The notes below the pieces were generated by a model that worked only from the letters and a program-made list of their open reading frames with translations, ran no database searches and was not told the DNA's origin. Positions 40,171 through 50,967 of a DNA stretch of 64,000 nt are shown here, in pieces; position 1 is the stretch's first letter; each line of letters begins with the position of its first letter. The position numbers and the translations under genes were made by a program. Source of the DNA: Tubulanus polymorphus (taxonomy: Eukaryota; Animalia; Nemertea); assembly GCF_964204645.1 (NCBI RefSeq), contig NC_134025.1, forward strand, positions 14,570,001-14,634,000, written 5' to 3'.

Positions 40171-41760
40171 TTATTTATTTTTTATCATGTTTACTAGCCC
40201 AAAAATAATAGCACTTACAACTGTAATTAAAAATAAAATAATATGTTCAGCAGCAAAGTTAATAATATTCCCTGCAGATTTCAATATAAAACCAACAATT
40301 GATGCAATAACTCCTGGCAATGCTGCAGCAGATTTCTTTGATAGTTCCCATAAATATTTTGCTAATTTCTTTAAACCATCCTTAACTTTATCTTGTATAG
40401 AATTATTGTCATTCGGGGGTTTATCTGGTTTATTTGGAGTAGGAGTAGATTGCAGTGAATTTGATATAGCTAAACCTATTGTTGTAAATACCATAGTTAC
40501 AGCTGTTAGAATTGAAAGAATTGTTATTCCTTCTAACTTAAATAATAATTTTATTCTATCTTTCAATGATATTTTAGAATCTGGTTTTATCAACAAATCT
40601 TTAAAAATAACTTTTAATCTATTAATATTATAATCATATGATTTTAATAATGATTAATTTCTTCTTTTTGTAATTCTATGTTATATTCTAAATCATCTTT
40701 TTCTTTTTCTAAATACGCATTTCATTTTTTAAATTCGATTTCTTCAATAACTTTATTATCTCTATCTAATTTTAGTTGTTCTATTTCTTTAATTTTATCA
40801 GTTCTATCTTTTTCTAAAAATCTAATTTTAATATCTTTTACTTTTTTCATGCGCAATTTTATCAGCTGATTCTTGCATACCTTTAATTTCTCTACGCGCT
40901 TGTTCAGGAAATGCTTCTAATTCATCATCATTTAAATCAAATAATCCTTTTTCTAGTAAAGATTGTATTCGATTTATTCCAGTTTCAGCACCGGGTGTAT
41001 CTAAAGCACTATTCATCTCTTCTTCAAATGAATGAACTGTATCTAACATGTTATCAAAATGTTTTACTAATTGTAATTGACTTGAATCATTATCAATTTG
41101 TTGAATATCTCTTCTCGATGTTTCGGGTGTTGAAGATCTTAATTTATCTAATCGATCTCGATTCTCTTCCATTTCCGTTTTTGAATTTTTATCGATTATT
41201 TCAAATAAGTCATCAATTCTTTGACTAAATACTCTTATATTATCATCTCTTTCTTCTTGTGTAACATCAGTTATTTCATTACTATTACTTATTCTTTTAA
41301 TTTTATCTGGATCTAATTTTCTCAAAGTTGATTCCGCTAATATTTTATTTAGTCTTGTCTTTTGATTAGTGATATCAATATAATAATCACCATCCAAACG
41401 ATAATAATATTTACCTTTAAAAAGTTTTAATTTTTGTACTAAAAGTCTGGCGCCTCTATCATTTATATTATATCCAGATTCTTTAAATACACGTTGAAAA
41501 TCATACATAAATTAATAATTTTCAAAATTTTCTCTTTCTAAACCTTGATTTTCATTTTCAGGAGGTATTCTCGATCTAGTTCTTCTATCAAATTCATCTG
41601 TTGATGGGGCTTTAGAACCACTATCTGCTAAATTAGAATTATATGCTGATTCATTACCATCATCAATATTAGTTTCTGCATCATTATAATCATCATCAAT
41701 ATATCCTTCATTATTATTTCCCATGCCTTCCATTTCATAATCTTCTCCACCTTCTGCCAT
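40171..41760 (-). pseudogene. Large acidic/coiled-coil protein with C-terminal membrane segments (three fragments)
   Basis: ORFs 41512-41760, 40828-41508 and 40171-40596 are collinear with a single TAAATG start; C-terminal GITILSILTAVTMVFTTIGLAI and LPGVIASIVGFIL..IILFLITVVSAIIFGLV. Confidence 0.65.
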
Positions 41761-41775
41761 TTACATAATAAAAAA

Positions 41776-43054
41776 TTAAAATTTAAAATATAATATTCCT
41801 CCGATTACAATTCCTATACAAGTTAAAGCTAATTTAGTATTTTCATGGGATTTATTATCATCATTTAGTTTAATTATATCATGTTGAATATTATCAGTTT
41901 TTATATTTTCTGATGTATTGTAATCTTTTATTTTAGAATCATTATTTAATTTAATATTATTAGTTTTAGTTTCAGTTGATTGAATGTGTTTTTTATTTTT
42001 TTCACCTTTCATTAATTTTGGAGCAGTGATAATCTTTTTATTTATATCATTTAATCCAAATGAATTATTTATTGTTGCAGTTTTAATTAGATTATGATAA
42101 CCAATTATATTTCCCATCTTTAATACTAAATCATTAGAAATAATTAATAGATTAGGGCCTATACAATAATTTAATCTAATATGTGATTTATCTAAATAAT
42201 TTTGATATCTTACAATGTTTTCTGGAATCGATCTATTTTTATCATTGTGAATGGAATCTTCAAATAATACTTTAAACTGTTTCTGCGCATCGAATGAAGT
42301 GTTATCATTTCCAATTATTGGGGATCTTGTTTCAACTTGCGCACCTAAAATACATATCAAATAAGTTCTAATAGATTGATTTATTCTTTGTATTCCAGCT
42401 TTAGTAAAACCTTCACTATTTTTTAAAATGAAATTAACCCAACCCTTAGTGTTATCAATTTTATAATTATGATAAGCTGAAATTCTATGCATATAATCAA
42501 TTCTTTTTATTTCAAACTCTTCACCAACACCTGCAATTTACCATGCGCTCTAAAATCGGAATTAATATTTATATTAAATTCATTACATATTTTATAAAAC
42601 TTAGATTCTTTAAAATATTAGACCCGGGTAAAGGACATTCTAATTCATTTAATATTATTCTGATTTGAAAAGATGTGTGAAATCTATATATTGTGTGAAT
42701 AAATTTTAAATCAGAATACTTCAAATTTTTATCTAAGTTATTTAAATGATCATTCCAACTTATTCCACATCCTGTTGTTGCACAATAAACAACAAAATCT
42801 AATTGGTTCTGCCAATATTTCATATTAGATTTTACTTTATATATATGGTATTCATCTCGAGTAAAAGTAACTTCATATGTATTAAGTATATTTTCCATTT
42901 TAGAAATAAAAAACTGTGATTCAGTAACATAAATTTCTAAATTAGTTAATGAATTTAAAACTACATTTCTATATGTAATATTTTTCTTAAAATCTATTGA
43001 AGGAATATTATATTTAATTGATTTATTATATTGGAAAGCTTTTGGAAACCCCAT
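41776..43054 (-). pseudogene. Polinton hypothetical protein with C-terminal TM anchor (frameshifted)
   Basis: ORFs 42569-43054 (WQNQLDFVVYCATTGCGIS) and 41776-42492 (GFTKAGIQRINQSIRTY..LALTCIGIVIGGILYF). Confidence 0.65.
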
Positions 43055-43070
43055 TTATATAATTAAAAAA

Positions 43071-43505
43071 TTAATAATTAACTAATTCTTTTAATAATTT
43101 ATCTTGTTCTTCAACTGTTATATGGCCATTTAAACTTATTATATAATCTAGTGTATTCTTCAATTTATTAATTTCTTTTATATTAGTTTTAATTTTTTCT
43201 TTATTACTTTTTATATTTAATTTTGAACTTATACCAGTTAAAACACTTGAACTTAATCCTAATACGCCAATTGATATAGCTAAAGGTGTTAATGGACTGA
43301 ATATTGCTAGAAATGTTATTACAGAACTAATTGTAACCGAACCACTTATAATCAAATAATATATAATTTTAGATTTTAAATATTGTTTCTTTTTAACTTT
43401 TAAGTCACTTTCAAATTCTAATATTTGTTTTTCTAAATATGTTTTTAATTTAGTTTTATTTATATCATGAGGAATAATATCAATATTATCAACTTTATCT
43501 TCCAT
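43071..43505 (-). CDS. Small two-TM membrane protein
   Basis: IIYYLIISGSVTISSVITFLAIF and LAISIGVLGLSSSVLTGI; TAAATG start. Confidence 0.7.
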   Translation of the reverse strand: MEDKVDNIDIIPHDINKTKLKTYLEKQILEFESDLKVKKKQYLKSKIIYYLIISGSVTISSVITFLAIFSPLTPLAISIGVLGLSSSVLTGISSKLNIKSNKEKIKTNIKEINKLKNTLDYIISLNGHITVEEQDKLLKELVNY

Positions 43506-43525
43506 TTATTTAGCAAAAAAAATTA

Positions 43526-43948
43526 CTAATTAGTAAACTTATAAGCAACAAATATAACAATAACAGTTCCGCATAAAATCCAAATTATTTCATATTTCTT
43601 CTGTTCATTACTTGGGGTATAATAATCTGATATTGTAGGTTTATGTAGATGTAATTTTTCTTTATTGGTTACCGCGTTATATAAACTCATTGCATCATCA
43701 ACTGATTGAAAATCTCTATGTGAAATCTTCTGATCATATAATTCCTTGTTAATATAATCCATATAGTTTTGCCTCTTTTCTCTATATTCTTCCGCAGCTT
43801 TATTGTATTTCTCTAATGCTAAGTTATGTCTTTTTTGTTCTGTTAATGATCCATTTTTATCAATATGCTTAAATAAATAACCGCCACCAGTAAATGCTAA
43901 AGCGTTAACAATTGCCGATCCTATAATAGTTATAACTGCAGAAGCCAT
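43526..43948 (-). CDS. Small membrane protein (N- and C-terminal hydrophobic segments)
   Basis: AVITIIGSAIVNALAFTGGGYLF..EQKRHNLALEK..IIWILCGTVIVIFVAY; TAAATG start. Confidence 0.7.
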   Translation of the reverse strand: MASAVITIIGSAIVNALAFTGGGYLFKHIDKNGSLTEQKRHNLALEKYNKAAEEYREKRQNYMDYINKELYDQKISHRDFQSVDDAMSLYNAVTNKEKLHLHKPTISDYYTPSNEQKKYEIIWILCGTVIVIFVAYKFTN

Positions 43949-44190
43949 TTATTTAGTAAAATAATTATGTATATGGGAGGAATATATTTTTGTTTTTCTA
44001 AATAATCAATAGTTAAATTAGATAAAGTAACTGCTAATGTTAATTTTAAAATATCATTTATATCAAATCTATCAACATTAACACTTCCCATTTTGAATAC
44101 TTTTTTTAATACCATTGAATAACCAACAGTTCCAACTGATAGTAATGCTCCATTATATAATCCAGTTATTATCCACTTATTATCACTCAT
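43930..44190 (-). CDS. Small hydrophobic protein
   Basis: GLYNGALLSVGTVGYSMVL..YLEKQKYIPP; TAAATG start. Confidence 0.6.
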   Translation of the reverse strand: MSDNKWIITGLYNGALLSVGTVGYSMVLKKVFKMGSVNVDRFDINDILKLTLAVTLSNLTIDYLEKQKYIPPIYIIILLNKWLLQL

Positions 44191-44294
44191 TTATTTATCA
44201 AAAAAATTACTATCATCAAAATATTTAGTTAACTTATTTATGATTATTTCAACATTTATTTCATTACTAGTTTCATTTTTATATATTTCAATTA

Positions 44295-44546
44295 TTATTT
44301 TTTAATATCATCGATGATAAAATCTTCATCTAATTCATAAAATCTTAAAGATTCTCTAATTAAATTAGTAATCTTTTCTACATTAAATGTTTTTTTATCT
44401 ATTGTTTTTTCATACTCAAATGTTGTTTCATTAGAAAATGTAATATTTTTGATATGTGTAATTACATCAGTAATGTTAAACTTCATTTCTTTCTCATGTT
44501 TAAAATCAAACCCAAAACATATACTCGGCCCAACAGTTATATTCAT
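44295..44546 (-). CDS. Hypothetical 83-aa protein
   Basis: Packed between neighbours and preceded by the conserved TAATTTTTT..TATAAATG motif. Confidence 0.55.
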   Translation of the reverse strand: MNITVGPSICFGFDFKHEKEMKFNITDVITHIKNITFSNETTFEYEKTIDKKTFNVEKITNLIRESLRFYELDEDFIIDDIKK

Positions 44547-44562
44547 TTATATAGTGAAAAAA

Positions 44563-45309
44563 TTACTCTTTACATCTTATAACTAATTCATACATCACAG
44601 GAAAGTTATTCAAATCAATTAAATAACCATTATGATTTCTTATTTCTAATTTAAAATTATTAAATTTAGGAATGCAAGGTTTAAAATCACATTCTGTTAA
44701 ATTATAATTTATTTGAGTTCCAAATTGTTTTAGCGGTAAAATATTTAGTATACTAGAACTACAAATTGTTTCTTTAGTTGCTTCGAAAGTTTTTGTAGGC
44801 TCGATTAAATTGCAATAAATATAAAAGTGCGTAAAAGGTATTATATTTGAGCTGCCTTCTGCGTTTCCAGTAACTGTAAGAGGTTTAATTCCTAACATTT
44901 TAGCCAGTGGTTTGTTTACCATAAATTTATGTTGTTCATTAGATATCTTTATTCTTATTTTATTAGTACTATCAATTTTATTAAATTTAATTTCAAATAC
45001 AGAAGTGCCCCCGATTTTCAACCGAGCTCTTCTATTAATTTCCTGCGCTAATGATTCTAAATTATATAATCCTGGTTTTAAAAATATATGAAACCATTTA
45101 TCTTTATTTCCCATATAAATCATAAACCCTCTATGTTCAAAAGTTTTATCTGATATATTATAAAAAGAATTACATAAACTTATATTAACTAATTTCAAAT
45201 CTACACAATTCTTAAATTCTCTATCTAATTGAACTAGTAAATTATGAGATTTATAATTAGTAAGTTTTCTTGAATCAACAAATATTCTGTATTCTTTTAA
45301 TTCCACCAT
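44563..45309 (-). CDS. Minor capsid protein (penton, single jelly-roll)
   Basis: IFVDSR..NSFYNIS..KPGLYNLESL..YIYCNLI..SILNILP..LEIRNHNGYLIDLNNFPV pattern typical of Polinton mCP; 248 aa, intact. Confidence 0.75.
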   Translation of the reverse strand: MVELKEYRIFVDSRKLTNYKSHNLLVQLDREFKNCVDLKLVNISLCNSFYNISDKTFEHRGFMIYMGNKDKWFHIFLKPGLYNLESLAQEINRRARLKIGGTSVFEIKFNKIDSTNKIRIKISNEQHKFMVNKPLAKMLGIKPLTVTGNAEGSSNIIPFTHFYIYCNLIEPTKTFEATKETICSSSILNILPLKQFGTQINYNLTECDFKPCIPKFNNFKLEIRNHNGYLIDLNNFPVMYELVIRCKE

Positions 45310-45326
45310 TTATTTTACATATTTTC

Positions 45327-45680
45327 TTATTCGAAATCTATTTCATGGTGCCATTTTTCATTCTTACCTTTGTATACGAAATAGAAATCACCAGAACATA
45401 ATTCTTCTAAATCTTCACTTGATAATCTATGAAATCTATCTGGTAAAAATGTTCTGAATTTATGTGTATTTCCTTTTAATCCTTCATATTCTAAGTGTAT
45501 AACTAATTTATCTCCATAGTTATTAGTAACTGTATCAATATTTGTAATTAGATATTTCTTATGAATTGTTAATTCTGTTAACTTTTTGAATTTATAATCT
45601 ACAGATTTTACATTTGTGATATCTTTAATTCTATCTAGAAATAATTTGTTGTTCTCACTGTGCGCTTGTTTACTCTCCAT
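45327..45680 (-). CDS. Hypothetical 117-aa protein, possibly OB-fold nucleic-acid binding
   Basis: FKKLTEL..KYLI..TNNYGDKLVIHL..TFLPDRF beta-rich pattern; adjacent to pPolB and shares its upstream motif. Fold assignment is a guess. Confidence 0.5.
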   Translation of the reverse strand: MESKQAHSENNKLFLDRIKDITNVKSVDYKFKKLTELTIHKKYLITNIDTVTNNYGDKLVIHLEYEGLKGNTHKFRTFLPDRFHRLSSEDLEELCSGDFYFVYKGKNEKWHHEIDFE

Positions 45681-45775
45681 TTTAATAACATATTTTTATT
45701 AAAATTTGATTAACACGTTAGAATTCTTTTCATTATCTCGTTCTCTTTTGTTTCTTCTCTTTTAAATTTTAAGTA

Positions 45776-48700
45776 TTAATCTAAATTGCAACCATATGCA
45801 ACTGTATGAATTCCATCATCTAAAATATATCTTTTATCATCAAATGGGTTTAGACTTATCTTTTCAATTTCTTCAATAAACATTTCATGATCTTCAGATC
45901 TTAAACATCTCATCTTATGTTTTCTAACTTCTTCATTGAATATACAATTGATGTAATCTTTGAAATGAATATTCTTTTCTACTACACTTTTGGTTATTCC
46001 TTTTAACTTTTTAGCTTCATGTTCTTTTTTATATGAATACATTTTAGATCTAATACCTATGAACTCTATCATTTCTTCACCGCCTAATTCATCCTTAAAC
46101 TTCCCTGGAACTTTTTTATTATCATTGCTAAACAATTCATGATCTTTAGGATAATTACTAAAATCAAAATGATGTTTTAATGTTTTTAAATCATCAGTTA
46201 TGTTATCAGTTTTTATCTTTAATATGTAAGAATCTGTATCAAAATATAGTATTTCTATATGTTTTTCTCCAAAAAGTGGTTGTAATACATTATAATAGAA
46301 TTCATACATTAGTAATTTTGATAATTCTAAAACTGAAGCGCCAACATAGATTGGTTTATTAAATTTCATTGATGTTCTTCTCATCTTAACTGCGGCTAAA
46401 TTTTCATCAAATATTCTGTTACCAATGAACTTAGGATATGATTGTAAATGCCTTATCCTTTTGCCATTACTTACTAACTCAATATCATTTCTATTTCTAA
46501 TATTTTCACAAGTCTTACCATAGAATGCATTATTCATTAACTTGAAGAAATCTTTCTCGAAATCAGTTTTAGCTTCAGTTCTCTGTTTGGTGTTAAAATC
46601 TATATATTTTTCTAACCACTTAGATTGGCTGAATGAAATATATCTATGTACTTTTTTTATAATCATTCCTTGATTCAAATAAAACTTTAACATTCTATAA
46701 TGTACTACATAATTATATTTATCTTCTTGAGTTACCATTAACTTTTCTGTATGAATATGATTTTCGGGTTTAATTCTTTTTTGGTAATTTGATAATTCTT
46801 CATGTGTTACAGTTTTATGTTCGGGGCAGTATGCTAGATTTCTAGATTTAAATTTTTTATCTTCAGGATATTCTAAATCTACAACAAAGAAGTAACCAGT
46901 ATCTGAATCATCTGCAATATCTAGAATTCTTTTCTTCCAATCAAATTTATCATTATTTTCATTCTGTAAAACTTCAGTTAATTCAAAGACTCCATAAGGT
47001 TGTGGTTCCACCATTGCCCAACCATACAAATTATTTGCACCTATATATATAATAACTTATATCCAGGGTTATCATTTACATTGAAATATCTATCCCCTAA
47101 TCCACCTGAAACACCTCCTCTTATAGATTTTTCAAATAATAGTAATTGATCTATATTTGTTAACAAATCCATTTTTATATCTGTACATTTTAATCCACAA
47201 TCCCATGTTAATCCTGGTGATGAATAACAATGGCAAGGATCAATATTAAAATATTTTAGGTTTACATCTCTAAACCTTTCGAATATATCGGTTAATAATA
47301 ATACATCTGATTTTAGATATAAATCTACTAATTGCCCATGATTTTCTATTTTGAAATGATTCCAAATATTCAATGTTCTATTATATACTTCATCTTTAAC
47401 ATATTCATTTTTTAATTCATCATAGAATTGTTCTTTCAATAATTCAGTTATGTTAAAATCATTATGATTTTTATAAAATGAATATGAAATAGCGCCTTTA
47501 TATCTCATTAACTGAAAATCATCATTATTTGGGTAATATTCTTTTAACATCTTTAATTCATCATCAACTAATGATTTTGATAAGTTATCTAATGAACTAT
47601 TTAAAAATCTATATGAATCTATAAATCTTAAACACCCAAATTGGAATGATGTATAATTCTCAGATGTTTTAGCTAACATTCTAAATTTATAAGTTGGTAT
47701 TTTATCTTTTGATCTATTTGAATTTAATCTTTCTATTTCATTATTAATTTCTTCTATTTTATGACATAACTGTTTGATAAATAAATGTGCATCATATCCT
47801 GATAGATTATGAAATATAACTGGTACAAAGTTAATTTTCTTAGCTTGTAAGTTACAATTCTCATGTGCAGCGCCTCTAAACTTTCCATTCAAATGCTCAT
47901 GGTCTCTTACTTTTTTATCTTTATAATTAAATATCTTTTCACAATAATAACATTTACCTGAAAACACAAATCCTTCTTTATCTTCTTCTGTCATTATAAT
48001 TTCTATATTTGTATTCAATAATTTACTAAATCTTATTTCATATTCAATTAATAAGTCACAAAAATGATTGATAACATTTTCATTTCTGTAATGATAATAT
48101 TCACTTTCAATTAGTTCTGGATAATCAGATTTAATATATAACCCGAAAGCTGCAGCTGATTGATGAATCTTTTTAATAGTATTTGTTTTTGGTGGTTCAT
48201 CTGAAAAATCATTTTTATTAGAATTTAATTTCTTTCTTTTATAATATATTTCTTTTCTATCTTGATCAGTTCTTTATTTAATGATTCAAAATCTCCATAT
48301 ATAACAAATGGAACTTTATTTTTGTAATCATATTTTTTGAATTATAATATTTTATCTTTTTCATTTGGTAAAACTAATTTACAATAATCATGATTATCAC
48401 ATAATTGTTTATGATTTAATAATGTACTTTCATTACTGAATCTATGTAAACATTTTCTACAAAGATATATTTTATGGTGATCATTTTCTGATTTATAAAA
48501 AATATATCTATTTGTTTAATCCACATATAATGATTCTCATAATATAGTATATCTATAACATCGTTTGAATCGTAATCTTTTGATAGGTATAAAGGTTCTA
48601 ATGTATAATGTTTTATATTGTTACCTTTTGTATTTGGTAATTTGATTAAATCAAATACATTTATCTTTATATTATTATCTCTTTCTATTTTTGGGATGTT

Positions 48701-49741
48701 TTTAATTATAACAGGATACTTATCTATCTTATAATTATTTTCAAATTGTTTATAATGAGTTAATCTAAAACTATGTTGTTTATAATCTTCAACTGGGTGT
48801 AAACAACTTATTATAGCCCATAGAAAACATTTATCATCTTCATTTTGTACATTTATTACAGCATTAGTTTTAAATGGTAGTTTAATAAAACTCGATGCTT
48901 CAATATCTGGTTCTTTATAATATGATACATTATTTTCATCTATTGGTTTCGATTTAGTTAACTTATTATATTTTGTGTTATAAACATGTAAAGTCATAAA
49001 TATTATTTCATCAAATATTAAACCAGATCCATCAAAATATTTCTCTTCTATTTTAGTTTTTACTTCATTATAACATTTATCTAATTTATCATCTATATGT
49101 TGTTTAGATATAATATGTTGTGAATGAGAATTTATATTATATATTGGTTTATCTTCAGATTTTATAAACTTTACTTTAGAAGATATACTAATTTTAGGGT
49201 ATTCAACATCTGTAATTATTTTTATAATATTTTTCATATTTTCTAAATGTTTTTTTATTTTCTTCTAATGTTTTTCCTTTATGAAATTTAAACTCGATAG
49301 CTGCTGGGCCAATATCACTTTTAAATGCTTCGGTTATCTCTATATCTTTTTTATTATCCAATTGATTAATATATTTTCTTACATCTTCCATGTATGGTCT
49401 TTTATTGTTTAATTTATTTTTTATGCTTTTAATTGTCTTCTGTTTCTTATCATTATCTTTATCAAAATAATTTTCACCTAAAATAACATTATTCATATTA
49501 CTAATATGACTTTTAGATTTTAAATGTTCATTATAATATCTTTTATCACTGAATGATTGATTACATGTATCACATTTGTATGTTTCTTTTTCATTCTTTA
49601 ATTCATCTAATTTAGTTTCTAATCTTCATATTCTAATTTCAATTTATTCTCTAAATGTGTTTTAGTTTTATTGTGTCTTGCTTTTTGGGATTTATCTATA
49701 TTGATATTACATGTTGGACAGTAGTACTTATTTGCTTCCAT
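45776..49741 (-). pseudogene. Protein-primed family B DNA polymerase (pPolB), fragmented
   Basis: Exonuclease motifs IYGDFES and FHNLSGYDAH; endonuclease VII-like CYYC..RDHEHLNGKFRGAAHENCN; motif B KLMNNAFYGK; motif C YFDTDS. Motif A is broken by a 2-bp slip near 47041. Confidence 0.95.
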
Positions 49742-49795
49742 TTTAATACTAAATTTTTTATTAAAATTGATTTTAGAAGTTCAATGATTTATATC

Positions 49796-50176
49796 ATGTA
49801 TTATTTCAATCACACTTTACTAACACTTTTAATGTTTAAAAATCTAACTCATACAAATATAAATATTGAAATAATGTTGTAAATATATCTATATATCTAT
49901 TCTATAAGAGCTTACACTTTTATATTGAATAATCTGTCAATTTAAATGTTATTCGTGTATATGATTATTTTAAGAGTAATAGGGGTAATGGGCTTTCAGG
50001 TTAAAGGTTGAATGGTCGAGTTCATTAAAAACAAATATTAAAAGTAATTTAAAATATAATATATTTTCATAACCGTGTGCATTTCAGTTGAATAATAGAA
50101 TAATTATTATTATTTGAATATATTTGATTATATGAATTTGTGTATTGTAAATAAATCAATTGGTCGCGGAGCGACC
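49796..50176 (-). repeat. Right TIR ending in mini-hairpin ggtcgc-gga-gcgacc
   Basis: Reverse complement of 32295-32670 with scattered mismatches and a ~28-bp insertion near 49890. Confidence 0.9.
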
Positions 50177-50967
50177 GTAGAATGGCTTAGTATTTCCTTA
50201 TTAGATTGGTACCTAGGCATATTTTGTTACTATGATCAATTGCAAAGTTGTATTTCATGACAATTACTACAATTGTGGTGAGTTTTAAGGTCATTGGGTT
50301 TTGCATATGGTCACCAGGGGCGTTGAATAGTAGAATAACTTAGTATTTCCATATTAAATTGGTAACGAGGCATATTTTGTTATCACAATCAATTACAAAA
50401 TCATAGCTGCTCACATGTTCTATGATTGTGGTGGGTTTCAAAGTCATTGGTTTTTGTATATGGTCACTAGAGGGCGTTGTGTATTGAAATTGTTAGATTG
50501 TTGAGCATTTGAAACCACTTCCCAAGTGAGCATGGTGTCCCTGGACCCCTAGTTTGGTTTTTTCGCCCGCGACAATTCATTATTTTGGTTTTTTCGCACG
50601 AAACAATTCAATATTTTGTTTTTGTCGTCCGCGACAATACATTATTTTGGTTTTATCGCCCGCGACAATTCAATATTTTGGTTTTAACGCCCGCGACAAT
50701 TCATTATTGTGGTTTTATCGCCCCCGACAATTCATTATTTTGGTTTTATCGCCCGCGGCAATTCATTATTTTTGTTGAGCCATTATTGTTGAGCCATTGT
50801 TGTTCTGCTGAGCCATTTGAGCGACCTATCATTGATACTGTTTCCTAATAGCCTGTTTAGTAATGGCTGATGTTGAGCCTTATCAAATGCTTTGTTGAAA
50901 TCCACCGTTGAACGCGATTCTAAGACTGTGCAGAAAAACCCGTTATCGCTGCTTTGCAGCTATATTT
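50177..50967 (+). mobile_element. 3' remnants of family D, short satellite and family C 3' end
   Basis: 50177-50553 matches 18662-19040; satellite at 50554-50775; 3' motif cagaaaaacccgttatcgctgctttgcagctatattt. Confidence 0.75.

Larger units (their letters stand above)
32289..50176. mobile_element. Polinton/Maverick (adintovirus-like) endogenous element, ~17.9 kb, near-complete, inactivated
   Basis: TIRs at both ends; pPolB, rve integrase, A32-like ATPase, MCP and penton; very AT-rich, intronless, tightly packed genes with multiple stops/frameshifts. Confidence 0.95.

Noticed and set aside
40115-41228. Plus-strand ORFs (40115, 40678, 40911; also 37898, 46180, 49655)
   Set aside because: Antisense shadows of minus-strand Polinton genes; they lack the TAAATG leader.
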